Origin: Acetobacteraceae bacterium
GTDB lineage: Bacteria > Pseudomonadota > Alphaproteobacteria > Acetobacterales > Acetobacteraceae
Length of the DNA stretch: 64,000 bases
NCBI GenBank assembly: GCA_965217935.1
Contig: OZ244581.1
Span: forward strand, 3,257,970 to 3,321,969
Direction: 5' to 3'
Part shown: positions 9,452 to 17,902 of the stretch, in pieces
Layout of the letters: every line of letters starts with the position of its first letter
Numbering within the stretch: the first letter of the stretch is position 1
Program-made: the position numbers and the translations under genes
Notes under the pieces: model-generated
What the model saw: only the letters and a program-made list of their open reading frames with translations
The model's database searches: none
Told to the model about the DNA's origin: nothing

Positions 9452-10168
9452 CACCCGCCCCCCGTAAATGGTCCCCATTCGTTCAAGCCCGCCCAGCCCA
9501 ACCACGCCGACTACTACCGCCAGGTCCTCCACGAACTCATCGACATCGGCGCCGATCTCGCCCGCATCCTCCACGCCCAGGCCAAGGCCGCCGTAGCCGC
9601 CGAAGCCCCCGGCCCCGCCGAACCCCCGGCCCACGCGCTCCAGCCCGCCCCGCCCCCCACCCCGCCGCTCGACACCGCCTTCGACCGCATCGCCCGCGCC
9701 GTCCGCCGCAGCATCATGCTCGCCCGCGCCCTCGACGCCCCGCCCCGCCCGCGCCCCGCCAACGACGAGGCCCCCACCCCCATCGCCGCCCGCCGGCGCA
9801 TCGTCCGCGCCGTCGAGGACGCCATCCAAGCCGCGGCCGACAACGACCGCGCCGAAGCCCTGCGCCGCGAGGCCCAGGACCGCCTCGACGCCCCGGACCT
9901 CGACGAGGACATCCTCTCCCGCCCGGTCAACGACATCATCGCCGCCATCTGCGCCGACCTCGGCCTCCCCCCGGCCCCGCCCGGCCTCCCGCAGCGGCGC
10001 CCCAGCCCCGTCGACGCCGCCCGCCCCGCCCGGAACCCGCCCGCGCCGAACCCCCCCGCGCCGAACCCGAGTGCCCCGCCCGAGAGCCTCGCCTCAACCC
10101 CGGCCCCAACCCCGGCCAAGACTGCCCCCACCCCACTCCTCCCCGCCGCCCGCTTCCGCGGCAAATAG
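9452..10168 (+). pseudogene. Ala/Pro-rich hypothetical protein gene, apparently missing its 5' end
   Basis: The frame is open from 9452 with GC3-rich coding-like sequence ('YYRQVLHELIDIGADLARILHAQA...FDRIARAVRRS'). No ATG/GTG/TTG occurs in the first 88 codons, and the first ATG is at 9716. It abuts the AT-rich islet. Confidence 0.35.
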
Positions 10169-10267
10169 CCCGCCCGCCCGCCGAACCAGCGCCCCCCAGG
10201 CAACGCCGCCCCCAAACAGCCGCCCACGCGATTGCGCTCCCCCACGCGCGAGCGTAAGGCCGCGCCC

Positions 10268-11836
10268 ATGCCCGACCTGCTCCCGATCCGCCGCGCCCTC
10301 CTCTCCGTCTCCGACAAGCACGGCCTCGTCCCCCTGGCCCAAGCCCTCGTCGCCCACGGCGCCGAACTCCTCTCCACCGGCGGCTCCGCCCACGCGCTGC
10401 GCCAAGCCGGCATCCCCGTCAAAGAGGTCGCCGACCACACCGGCATCCCGGAAATGCTCGGCGGCCGCGTCAAAACGCTCGCCCCGCAGATCCACGGCGG
10501 CATCCTGGCCCGGCGCGACCTGCCGGACCACCTGGCCCAAATCCAGCAGCACGGCATCGCCCCCATCGACCTCGTCTGCGTCAACCTCTACCCCTTCGAG
10601 GCAACCCTCGCCTCCAACGCACCGCCCGCGGACTGCATCGAGCAGATCGACATCGGCGGCCCCGCCCTGATCCGCTCGGCCGCGAAAAACCACGAAGCCG
10701 TCGCCGTCCTCACCGACCCCTCCCAATACGACGCGATGCAGCACGCCCTCGCCAACGGCGGCCCCACCCTCGCCCAGCGCCGGCAACTCGCCGCCGACGC
10801 CTACGCAAGAACCGCCGCCTACGACGCCGCCATCGCCGCCTGGTTCGCCCGGTCCGGCCCCCAATTCCCCCGACGCATGACCCTCTCAGGCACGCTGCGC
10901 CAAACCCTGCGCTACGGCGAGAACCCCCACCAGCAAGCAGCCTTCTACACGAACGGCACGAGGCCCGGCATCGCCACCGCCCGCCAGGTCCAGGGCAAGG
11001 AGCTCTCCTACAACAACCTCAACGACACCGACGCCGCCTTCGAATGCGCCGCCGAGTTCGCCGCCCCCACCATCGTCATCGTCAAGCACGCCAACCCCTG
11101 CGGCGTGGCAACGGCACGCACGCTCGGCGCCGCCTGGCAAGCCGCCCTCCGCTGCGACCCAACCAGCGCCTTCGGCGGCATCGTCGCCATGAACCGCCCG
11201 CTCGACGCCGCCGCCGCCGAGCGCATCGCCGCCATCTTCACAGAAGTCATCATCGCCCCCGACGCCGACGAAGCCGCCCAAGCGATCCTGGCCCGAAAGA
11301 AGAACCTCCGCCTGCTGCTAACGGGCGCCCTGCCGGACCCAGCCGCCCCCGGCCTCGCCGTCAAGACCGTGGCCTCCGGCTTCCTGGCCCAGTCCCGCGA
11401 CGCCGCCCGGGCCGAGCCGGACGCGCTGCAAATCGTCACCCGCCGCGCCCCCAGCCGCGAGGAGCTGCGCGACCTGATCTTCGCCGCCCGCGTCTGCAAG
11501 CACGTCAAATCGAACGCGATCGTCTACGCCAGGAACGAGGCCACCGTAGCCATCGGCGCCGGGCAGATGAGCCGGGTGGACAGCGCCCGCATCGCCGCCT
11601 GGAAAGGCGAAGCGGCGGCCCGGGCGGCAGGACAGGACGAGCCGCTGACCCACGGCAGCGTCGTCGCCTCCGACGCCTTCTTTCCCTTCGCCGACGGGCT
11701 GGAGGCCGCCATCGAGGCCGGCGCCACCGCCGTCATCCAGCCCGGCGGCTCAATGCGCGACCCAGAGGTCATCGCCGCCGCCGACAAGGCCGGGGTCGCG
11801 ATGGCATTCACCGGAATGCGGCACTTCCGACATTGA
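10268..11836 (+). CDS. purH: bifunctional AICAR transformylase / IMP cyclohydrolase
   Basis: '[14 protein letters not shown]', 'LSTGGSA', '[16 protein letters not shown]', 'VCVNLYPFE', '[11 protein letters not shown]' and C-terminal 'RHFRH'. Confidence 0.92.
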   Translation: MPDLLPIRRALLSVSDKHGLVPLAQALVAHGAELLSTGGSAHALRQAGIPVKEVADHTGIPEMLGGRVKTLAPQIHGGILARRDLPDHLAQIQQHGIAPIDLVCVNLYPFEATLASNAPPADCIEQIDIGGPALIRSAAKNHEAVAVLTDPSQYDAMQHALANGGPTLAQRRQLAADAYARTAAYDAAIAAWFARSGPQFPRRMTLSGTLRQTLRYGENPHQQAAFYTNGTRPGIATARQVQGKELSYNNLNDTDAAFECAAEFAAPTIVIVKHANPCGVATARTLGAAWQAALRCDPTSAFGGIVAMNRPLDAAAAERIAAIFTEVIIAPDADEAAQAILARKKNLRLLLTGALPDPAAPGLAVKTVASGFLAQSRDAARAEPDALQIVTRRAPSREELRDLIFAARVCKHVKSNAIVYARNEATVAIGAGQMSRVDSARIAAWKGEAAARAAGQDEPLTHGSVVASDAFFPFADGLEAAIEAGATAVIQPGGSMRDPEVIAAADKAGVAMAFTGMRHFRH

Positions 11837-11844
11837 CCCCATCC

Positions 11845-12801
11845 TCAACTGTTGCCGATCAGGATCCCCGCGGCCAGCACCAGCGCGCCCCCCAGCATCA
11901 CCTTCGCCGCCGCGGACACCGGCGGCGTGTCCATGTACCGCCATTGTATCCAAGCGATCGCCAGCAACTCGAACACGGTCACCACCCCGGCCAGCACGGT
12001 TGCGGTCCAGAAGTCCTGAATGAGATAAGGCAGCGTATGCCCGATGCCGCCGGCAATCGTCATCAGCCCGCACACGAACCCGCGCAACAGCGGCGTCCCC
12101 CGCCCCGAGAGCTTGCCGTCGTCGGCCAGCGCCTCGGCGAACCCCATCGAGATGCCGGCGCCGACCGAGCTCGCGATGCCGACCAGGAACGCATCCCGGC
12201 TGTCCTGCGTGGCGAAGGCTGCCGCGAACACCGGCGCCAAGGTCGAGACCGACCCGTCCATCAGCCCCACGAGGCCGGGCTGCACGATCTGCAGGATGAA
12301 GCGCTTGCGGGCGCCCTCGTCCTCCAGCTCGCGCTTCTCCCCAGGCAATCGCTTGGCCTCGATCGCGTTGGCCGCGTGCTGATGCTCGATCTCCGCCGCG
12401 GCCAAATCGCCGAGCAGCTTGCGGATCGACGCGTCGGACGTGCGCCCCGCCGCCTCGCCGTAGAACCGGCTGGCATCCACCTCCATCTGCCGCGCATGGC
12501 GGCGCACGGCGTCGATCCCCAACGGCCGGATCTGCCAGGCCGGCTTGCGCACGACGGCGCCGCGCACGTCCTGCCGCCGCACCAGCGGGATATGGTTGCC
12601 GAACTTCTCCACATAGGCGTCGATCAGCCAGCGCCGGTGCGTGTCCTCCTCGGCGACCATGTCCTGGAACACCCGGGCGCTGTCGGGGAACTCCTCCCGC
12701 AGGCTCTCGGCGAAGTCGGCGTAGATCCGCCCATCCTCCTCCTCGCTGCTGATGGCCAGGGCAAGGACTTCCCGCTCGTCGAGATCTTTGAAATTGCGCA
12801 T
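11845..12801 (-). CDS. mbfA: membrane-bound ferritin-like protein (N-terminal rubrerythrin/ferritin-like domain fused to VIT1/CCC1 transporter)
   Basis: 318 aa starting 'MRNFKDLDEREVLALAISSEEEDGRIYADF...EEDTHRR'. C-terminal VIT1-like TM region 'GLVGLMDGSVSTLAPVFAAAF'. The upstream part of the 638-aa track ORF is a shadow extension. Confidence 0.75.
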   Translation of the reverse strand: MRNFKDLDEREVLALAISSEEEDGRIYADFAESLREEFPDSARVFQDMVAEEDTHRRWLIDAYVEKFGNHIPLVRRQDVRGAVVRKPAWQIRPLGIDAVRRHARQMEVDASRFYGEAAGRTSDASIRKLLGDLAAAEIEHQHAANAIEAKRLPGEKRELEDEGARKRFILQIVQPGLVGLMDGSVSTLAPVFAAAFATQDSRDAFLVGIASSVGAGISMGFAEALADDGKLSGRGTPLLRGFVCGLMTIAGGIGHTLPYLIQDFWTATVLAGVVTVFELLAIAWIQWRYMDTPPVSAAAKVMLGGALVLAAGILIGNS

Positions 12802-12849
12802 CTCCGCTAAAATGGCGAGCGCGGCCGAAACGATCAACCCGGCTTCGTA

Positions 12850-13740
12850 ATGGCGCGAACCGTTCGCAACACCGATGGCGCCAGGGTTGCATCGGCTCCG
12901 GCGATGACCGTCCTCGCCACCCATGCCCAAGCCGCCGGCACGAAGCCCGCCGAACTGCGCGCCAAGCGCCCGCTCGCGCTGCCCATCCCCGCCTACGGCG
13001 TCGCGTCGGTCGCCGCGATGGCGTTCATCTGGTGGGCGCTGACCGCCTGGGGCCTCGTCCCGCGCGCCCTGCTGCCCGGCCCGGCCGACGTCTGGGCCGC
13101 AGCCCTCGGCATCTCCGAGCACGGCTACCGCGGCACGACGCTCTGGGGCAACGCGCTCGCCACCCTGGGCCGCCTCGCCAGCGGCTTCTCGCTCGCAGCC
13201 CTGGCCGGCGTGCCGCTCGGCCTCTGGATGGGCGTGAACCGCGCGGCCCATGCAGCGCTCGACTGGATCGTGCAGTTCATGCGCCCCCTGCCGCCCTTGT
13301 CCTACATGATCCTGCTCATCCTCTGGTTCGGCGCCGGCGACGCCTCCAAGGCCGCGCTGCTGTTCCTGACCGCCTTCCCCATCATCGTCTCCGCCAGCGC
13401 CGCGGGGGTGCGGGGCGTCAAGCGGCAGCGTGTCCAGGCGGCGCAATCGCTGGGAGCGGGTTCCGCGCAGGTGTTCCGCCACGTCATCCTGCCCTCCGCG
13501 GCGCCGATGGTGCTGACCGGGCTGCAGATCGCGCTCGCCGCCGCGTTCTCGACCGTGGTCGCGGCCGAGCTGCTGGCCGCCACCAACGGCCTCGGCTGGA
13601 TGGTGCTGTCGGCCAGCCAGTTCCTGCGCAACGACGTCATCCTGCTCGGCATCCTGCTGCTGGGCGCGATGGGCGTCACCCTCACCTGGGCGATGCGCCT
13701 GCTCGACCGCCGCCTGGTGCATTGGCGCGGGCGCGAGTGA
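12850..13740 (+). CDS. ABC transporter permease (NitT/TauT family)
   Basis: Multi-TM protein. BPD-transporter EAA-like region 'AQSLGAGSAQVFRHVILPSAAPMV'. The start could be an internal Met. Confidence 0.8.
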   Translation: MARTVRNTDGARVASAPAMTVLATHAQAAGTKPAELRAKRPLALPIPAYGVASVAAMAFIWWALTAWGLVPRALLPGPADVWAAALGISEHGYRGTTLWGNALATLGRLASGFSLAALAGVPLGLWMGVNRAAHAALDWIVQFMRPLPPLSYMILLILWFGAGDASKAALLFLTAFPIIVSASAAGVRGVKRQRVQAAQSLGAGSAQVFRHVILPSAAPMVLTGLQIALAAAFSTVVAAELLAATNGLGWMVLSASQFLRNDVILLGILLLGAMGVTLTWAMRLLDRRLVHWRGRE

Positions 13741-14510
13741 TGCGCCGCCCCCTTCCGTCATGGGCCATCACCGGCCTGAGCATGGCCGTCGCGCTCGCCC
13801 TATGGATCGCCGTCACCGGCGGCGGCTTCGTCCGCGACATCTTCCTCCCCGGCCCGCTCGACGTATGGTCCGGGCTCACCGAACTGGCCGAGTTCGGCTA
13901 CAAGGGCCGCAGCCTGCTGGAGCATGTCGGCATCAGCCTCGTGCGCGTGGGCGTCGGCTTCCTGACCGGCGCCGCGGTCGGCACGCTGCTCGGCCTCGGC
14001 ATGGGCTACGCCCCCCGGCTGAACGCCGCCGCCGCCCCCTTCATCGAGTTCCTGCGCCCGCTGCCGCAGCTCGCCTATCTGGTGCTGCTGATCGTCTGGC
14101 TCGGCATCGGCGAGACCAGCAAGATCACCCTGCTGTTCCTGGCCGCCCTCCCGGTCGCGGCCATCGCCGCCCGCGACGGGGTCCGCAACGTGCCGCCGGA
14201 GCGCCTGCGCGTGGCCCAAGCCCTGGGCGCGAGCCGCTGGCAAGTGTTCCGCCACGTGGTCATCCCGTCGGCAATGCCGGAAATCCTGGTCGGCGCCCGC
14301 CTCGCCGCCGGCATCGTCTACGCAACCCTGATCGCCGCCGAGATCATCGCCGGCTCGAACGGCATTGGCTGGATGATCATGGACTCCGGACGCTTCCTGC
14401 GCTCGGATTACGTGTTCGCCGGCATCCTGATGATCGGCCTGGCCGGGCTGGCGATCGATCGGTTGCTGGTTTGGGTCGAGCGCCGGCTGGTGCATTGGGC
14501 CGGACGTTAA
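13740..14510 (+). CDS. ABC transporter permease (NitT/TauT family), second copy
   Basis: 'AQALGASRWQVFRHVVIPSAMPEI'. Its ATG overlaps the upstream stop. Confidence 0.85.
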   Translation: MRRPLPSWAITGLSMAVALALWIAVTGGGFVRDIFLPGPLDVWSGLTELAEFGYKGRSLLEHVGISLVRVGVGFLTGAAVGTLLGLGMGYAPRLNAAAAPFIEFLRPLPQLAYLVLLIVWLGIGETSKITLLFLAALPVAAIAARDGVRNVPPERLRVAQALGASRWQVFRHVVIPSAMPEILVGARLAAGIVYATLIAAEIIAGSNGIGWMIMDSGRFLRSDYVFAGILMIGLAGLAIDRLLVWVERRLVHWAGR

Positions 14511-14526
14511 CCTTGAAGGAGACATC

Positions 14527-15546
14527 ATGAGTTTTGATCGACTGACCCGGCGCGGCGTCCTGCTGGGCGCGGGCGCCGGCGCGCTTCTGGCAAGCACGGC
14601 GAGGGCCGCGGGGCCGGGCAGCGTCAACGCCGGCTTCTTCACCGAAACCAAGCCCTCGATGATCGCCAAGGGCAACGGCTGGTTCGAGCAGGACACCGCC
14701 GCCCGCATCAACTGGACCGAGATGGGCAGCGGCGCCGACATCAACGCCGGCATCGCCGCCGGCAGCCTCGATATCGGCCTCGGCGCAGGCTCCGTGCCGG
14801 TGGCGGCCGGCATCAGCCAGGGACTGGGCTACAAGGTCGTCGCCATCATGGACAACATCGGCCCCGGCGAGGACATGGTGGTCAAGACCTCCGAGAACAT
14901 CGCCAAGCCGTCCGACTTCAAGGGCAAGAAGGTGGCGACCCCCTTCGGCTCCACCAGCCATTTCCGGCTGCTGGGCTTCCTGAAGACCAACGGCCTGACC
15001 CAGCGAAACGTGACGGTGCTGGACATGAAGCCGGCCGCGATCCAGGCGGCCTGGTCCCGCGGCGACATCGACGCCGCCTACGTCTGGCCCCCGGCGCGCA
15101 GCAAGCTCGTGGAGGACGGCGGCACGCTGTATCCCACTTGGGACAAGCTGGACAAAGCGGGCTACGTCATCGCCGACCTCATCATCGTGCGCGACGAGTT
15201 CGCCCGGCAGTATCCCCAAGCCGTGGTCGGCTTCCTCAAGGCCTACGACCGCGCCTTGACCCTGTGGACGCAGAAGCCGGAGGAGGCGGCCCGGATCGTC
15301 GCCCAACAGACCGGGGTGACGCCGGAGGTGGCGATGGCGGACATGAAGCAATACGATTTCATCCCCTTCCGCGCGCAGGAGGGCAAGGAGTGGCTCGGCA
15401 AAACCGGCGCGCCGGGCCAGTTCGCCAAGGTGCTGCACGACACCGCCGAGTTCCTGGTCGAGCAGCGCAGCATCCGCAGCGCGCCGGGTCTGGACGCATT
15501 CCAGCAGGCGATCGACACCGAGTACCTGCAAAAGGCGATCGGGTGA
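14527..15546 (+). CDS. ABC substrate-binding protein, taurine/aliphatic-sulfonate (TauA/NMT1)-like
   Basis: Tat/Sec-like N-terminus 'RRGVLLGAGAGALLASTARA'. NMT1/TauA-like 'INWTEMGSGADINAGIAAGSLDIG'. Confidence 0.75.
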   Translation: MSFDRLTRRGVLLGAGAGALLASTARAAGPGSVNAGFFTETKPSMIAKGNGWFEQDTAARINWTEMGSGADINAGIAAGSLDIGLGAGSVPVAAGISQGLGYKVVAIMDNIGPGEDMVVKTSENIAKPSDFKGKKVATPFGSTSHFRLLGFLKTNGLTQRNVTVLDMKPAAIQAAWSRGDIDAAYVWPPARSKLVEDGGTLYPTWDKLDKAGYVIADLIIVRDEFARQYPQAVVGFLKAYDRALTLWTQKPEEAARIVAQQTGVTPEVAMADMKQYDFIPFRAQEGKEWLGKTGAPGQFAKVLHDTAEFLVEQRSIRSAPGLDAFQQAIDTEYLQKAIG

Positions 15547-16325
15547 CGAGTTCGTTCGTCCAGCTCGCCGACGTGTCGGTCTCTTACGGGACCGGGGCAT
15601 CGGCGGTGCGGGCGTTGGAGCGGGCCGACCTCGGCTTCGCGCAGGGCGACTTCGTCTGCATCGTCGGTCCCTCGGGCTGCGGCAAGACCACCATGATGCA
15701 GACCCTGGCCGGATTCCTGCCGCCGACGACGGGCGTGGTGAGCGTCGATGGCAAGACGGTGACAGGGCCGGGGCCGGAGCGGGGCGTGGTGTTCCAGCAG
15801 CCGGCCTTGTTCCCGTGGATGACGGTCGCCGCCAACGCCGGCTTCGGCCCGCAGATGCGCGGCGAGGCCCGCGCCCCGGCGGCCAGCCGCACCGAGCAAT
15901 GGCTGCGCGCCACCGGTCTATGGGAATTTCGTCACCGTTACCCTTACGAGCTGTCCGGCGGGATGCAGCAGCGCCTGGCGATTGCCCGCGCTTTGTGCAA
16001 CGAACCGAAGGTCCTGCTGATGGATGAGCCGTTCGGCGCGCTCGATGCGTTGACGCGCGAGCGGATGCAGGAGGAGCTTCATGCCGTCTGGCGGCGGACC
16101 GGGATGACCGTCGTGTTCATCACCCACAGCGTCGAAGAGGCGGTCTATCTCGGCACCGAGGTCGTGGTGATGTCGCCCCGCCCCGGGCGGATCGTGGCCC
16201 GGCTGCCGATGCCGTTCGCCCGCGGGCACGCCGCCGAAGGCATCCGCGGCGTGAAAAGCCGGCCCGATTTCGTCGCCAGGCGTGAGGACGTGCTATCCTT
16301 GATATGGCAAATGGCGGAAGAATAG
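15543..16325 (+). CDS. ABC transporter ATP-binding protein
   Basis: GTG start overlapping the upstream stop (GTGA). Walker A 'GPSGCGKTT', signature 'LSGGMQQR', Walker B 'LLMDEPFGALD'. Confidence 0.85.
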   Translation: MTSSFVQLADVSVSYGTGASAVRALERADLGFAQGDFVCIVGPSGCGKTTMMQTLAGFLPPTTGVVSVDGKTVTGPGPERGVVFQQPALFPWMTVAANAGFGPQMRGEARAPAASRTEQWLRATGLWEFRHRYPYELSGGMQQRLAIARALCNEPKVLLMDEPFGALDALTRERMQEELHAVWRRTGMTVVFITHSVEEAVYLGTEVVVMSPRPGRIVARLPMPFARGHAAEGIRGVKSRPDFVARREDVLSLIWQMAEE

Positions 16326-16348
16326 ACAGTTCCTGAAGGAATCTGACC

Positions 16349-17734
16349 ATGCAGCCCAACTCGCTTCACGCCCGCGACATCGCGAGCCTTGTGCATCAGC
16401 AGACCGACCTCGCCCGCCACGCCCGCGAGGGCGCGATCCTGATCGACCGCGGCGAGGGCTGCCGGGTTTGGGACACCGAGGGGCGGGAATACATCGAGGC
16501 GATGGCCGGGCTGTGGTGCGCCAGCCTCGGGTTCAGCGAGCGGCGGCTCGCCGATGCGGCGCACCGCCAGATGCTGAAGCTGCCCTATTATCACACGTTC
16601 TTCCAGAAGGGGCATGAGCCGGCGGTGGAGCTGGCCGAGGCGCTGCTGCGGATCGCCCCGCCCGGCATGGCGCGCGCGCTGTTCCAGTGCAGCGGGTCGG
16701 AGGCGAACGACGCGGCGATCAAGCTGGCCTGGAACTATTGGAGCATCCAGGGCCAGCCGCAGCGGCGCAAGATCATCGGCCGGGTGCGCGGCTACCACGG
16801 CAACACGTTGGCGACCGTCAGCCTGTCGGGCCAGCCGCACATGCACCAGGGCTTCGGCCTCCCGCTCCCCGGCTTCATCCATGCCGACAACCCGAACTAC
16901 TACCGCGTCCACGAGGACGGCGAGGGCGAGGAGGCGTTCAGCGAGCGCATGGCCGCGAACCTTGAGGCGCTGATCCAGCAGGAGGGGCCGGAGACGATCG
17001 CAGCCTTCTTCGGCGAGCCGGTGCAGGGCGGCGGCGGCGCCATCACCCCGCCCCGCGGCTACTGGCCGGCGATCCAGGCGGTGCTGAAGCGGCACGACAT
17101 CCTGCTGGTGGCTGACGAAGTGATCTGCGGCTTCGGCCGCACCGGCGCCATGTGGGGCTGCGACACCTACGGCATCGAGCCGGACATGATCTCCTGCGCC
17201 AAGCAGCTCTCGGCCGCCTACCAGCCGATCTCGGCGCTCTTGATCGGGACGCGGGTGCACGAGGCGCTGCTGGAGGCGAGCCGGCAGCACGGCACGTTCG
17301 GCCACGGCTACACCTATGGCGGCCACCCGGTCGCCTGCGCCGTTGCGCTGGAAACCCTGAAAATATACCAGGAACGCGATATCGTCAGGCACGTGCGGGA
17401 AGTCGCCCCCGCGTTCCTGGATGGGCTTGAGGCATTCCGCAGCCATCCGCTCGTGGGCGACGTGCGCGGGGTGGGCCTGATCGCGGGCGTCGAGTTGATG
17501 GCGGACAAAGCGGGCCGCGTGCCGTTCCCGCCGTCCGCCGCCGTCGGGCCGCGGGTCCAGGCGGCTTGCGAGCGGGCCGGGCTGATCGTGCGGGCGATCG
17601 GCGACCGGATCGCCTTCACGCCGCCGCTCGTGCTGGACGGGGCGGAGGCGCGGGAACTCTGCCGCCGGTTCGGCCAGGGGCTGGATGCCGCCTGGACCGA
17701 GATGCGGCAGCCCATGCAGACGGCCGCGGAGTAG
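16349..17734 (+). CDS. class-III PLP-dependent aminotransferase (omega-amino acid:pyruvate type)
   Basis: 461 aa. 'GSEANDAAIKLA', 'LVADEVICGFGRTG', 'ISCAKQLSAAYQPI' (PLP Lys), 'GHGYTYGGHP'. Confidence 0.85.
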   Translation: MQPNSLHARDIASLVHQQTDLARHAREGAILIDRGEGCRVWDTEGREYIEAMAGLWCASLGFSERRLADAAHRQMLKLPYYHTFFQKGHEPAVELAEALLRIAPPGMARALFQCSGSEANDAAIKLAWNYWSIQGQPQRRKIIGRVRGYHGNTLATVSLSGQPHMHQGFGLPLPGFIHADNPNYYRVHEDGEGEEAFSERMAANLEALIQQEGPETIAAFFGEPVQGGGGAITPPRGYWPAIQAVLKRHDILLVADEVICGFGRTGAMWGCDTYGIEPDMISCAKQLSAAYQPISALLIGTRVHEALLEASRQHGTFGHGYTYGGHPVACAVALETLKIYQERDIVRHVREVAPAFLDGLEAFRSHPLVGDVRGVGLIAGVELMADKAGRVPFPPSAAVGPRVQAACERAGLIVRAIGDRIAFTPPLVLDGAEARELCRRFGQGLDAAWTEMRQPMQTAAE

Positions 17735-17787
17735 CGCGCCCCGCCCATCAGGCGCGCATTCAGTGTGCCGTGACAGGCGGGGACCTT

Positions 17788-17867
17788 AGGGCAGCGTCGG
17801 CAACAAGCGCGGCAGCACGCCGGAAACGGCTGCCCGGCAACATAACGGCGTGGGTCGCTCGTTCGCC
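17788..17867. repeat. intergenic repeat, copy A (internal GGCAGC/GCTGCC stem)
   Basis: 'agggcagcgtcggcaacaagcgcggcagcacgccggaaacggctgcccggcaaca...ctcgttcgcc' aligns with 26106..26182. Both copies lie just downstream of plus-strand genes. Confidence 0.5.
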
Positions 17868-17902
17868 TGCTCGATACATGGCGACCAGTTCTGAACAAGC
17901 CC

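Noticed and set aside
10020-10140. Short tandem Pro-rich repeats (ccgcgccgaaccc twice; PAPNPPAPNP), considered as a possible repeat array
   Set aside because: There are only two units, inside a coding-looking low-complexity tail, with no spacer structure. This is not CRISPR-like.
11845-13761. 638-aa ORF extending the MbfA-like gene upstream
   Set aside because: The upstream 320 aa is antisense to the ABC permease gene and has no motifs. The ferritin-like domain starts cleanly at MRNFKDLDE (12801).
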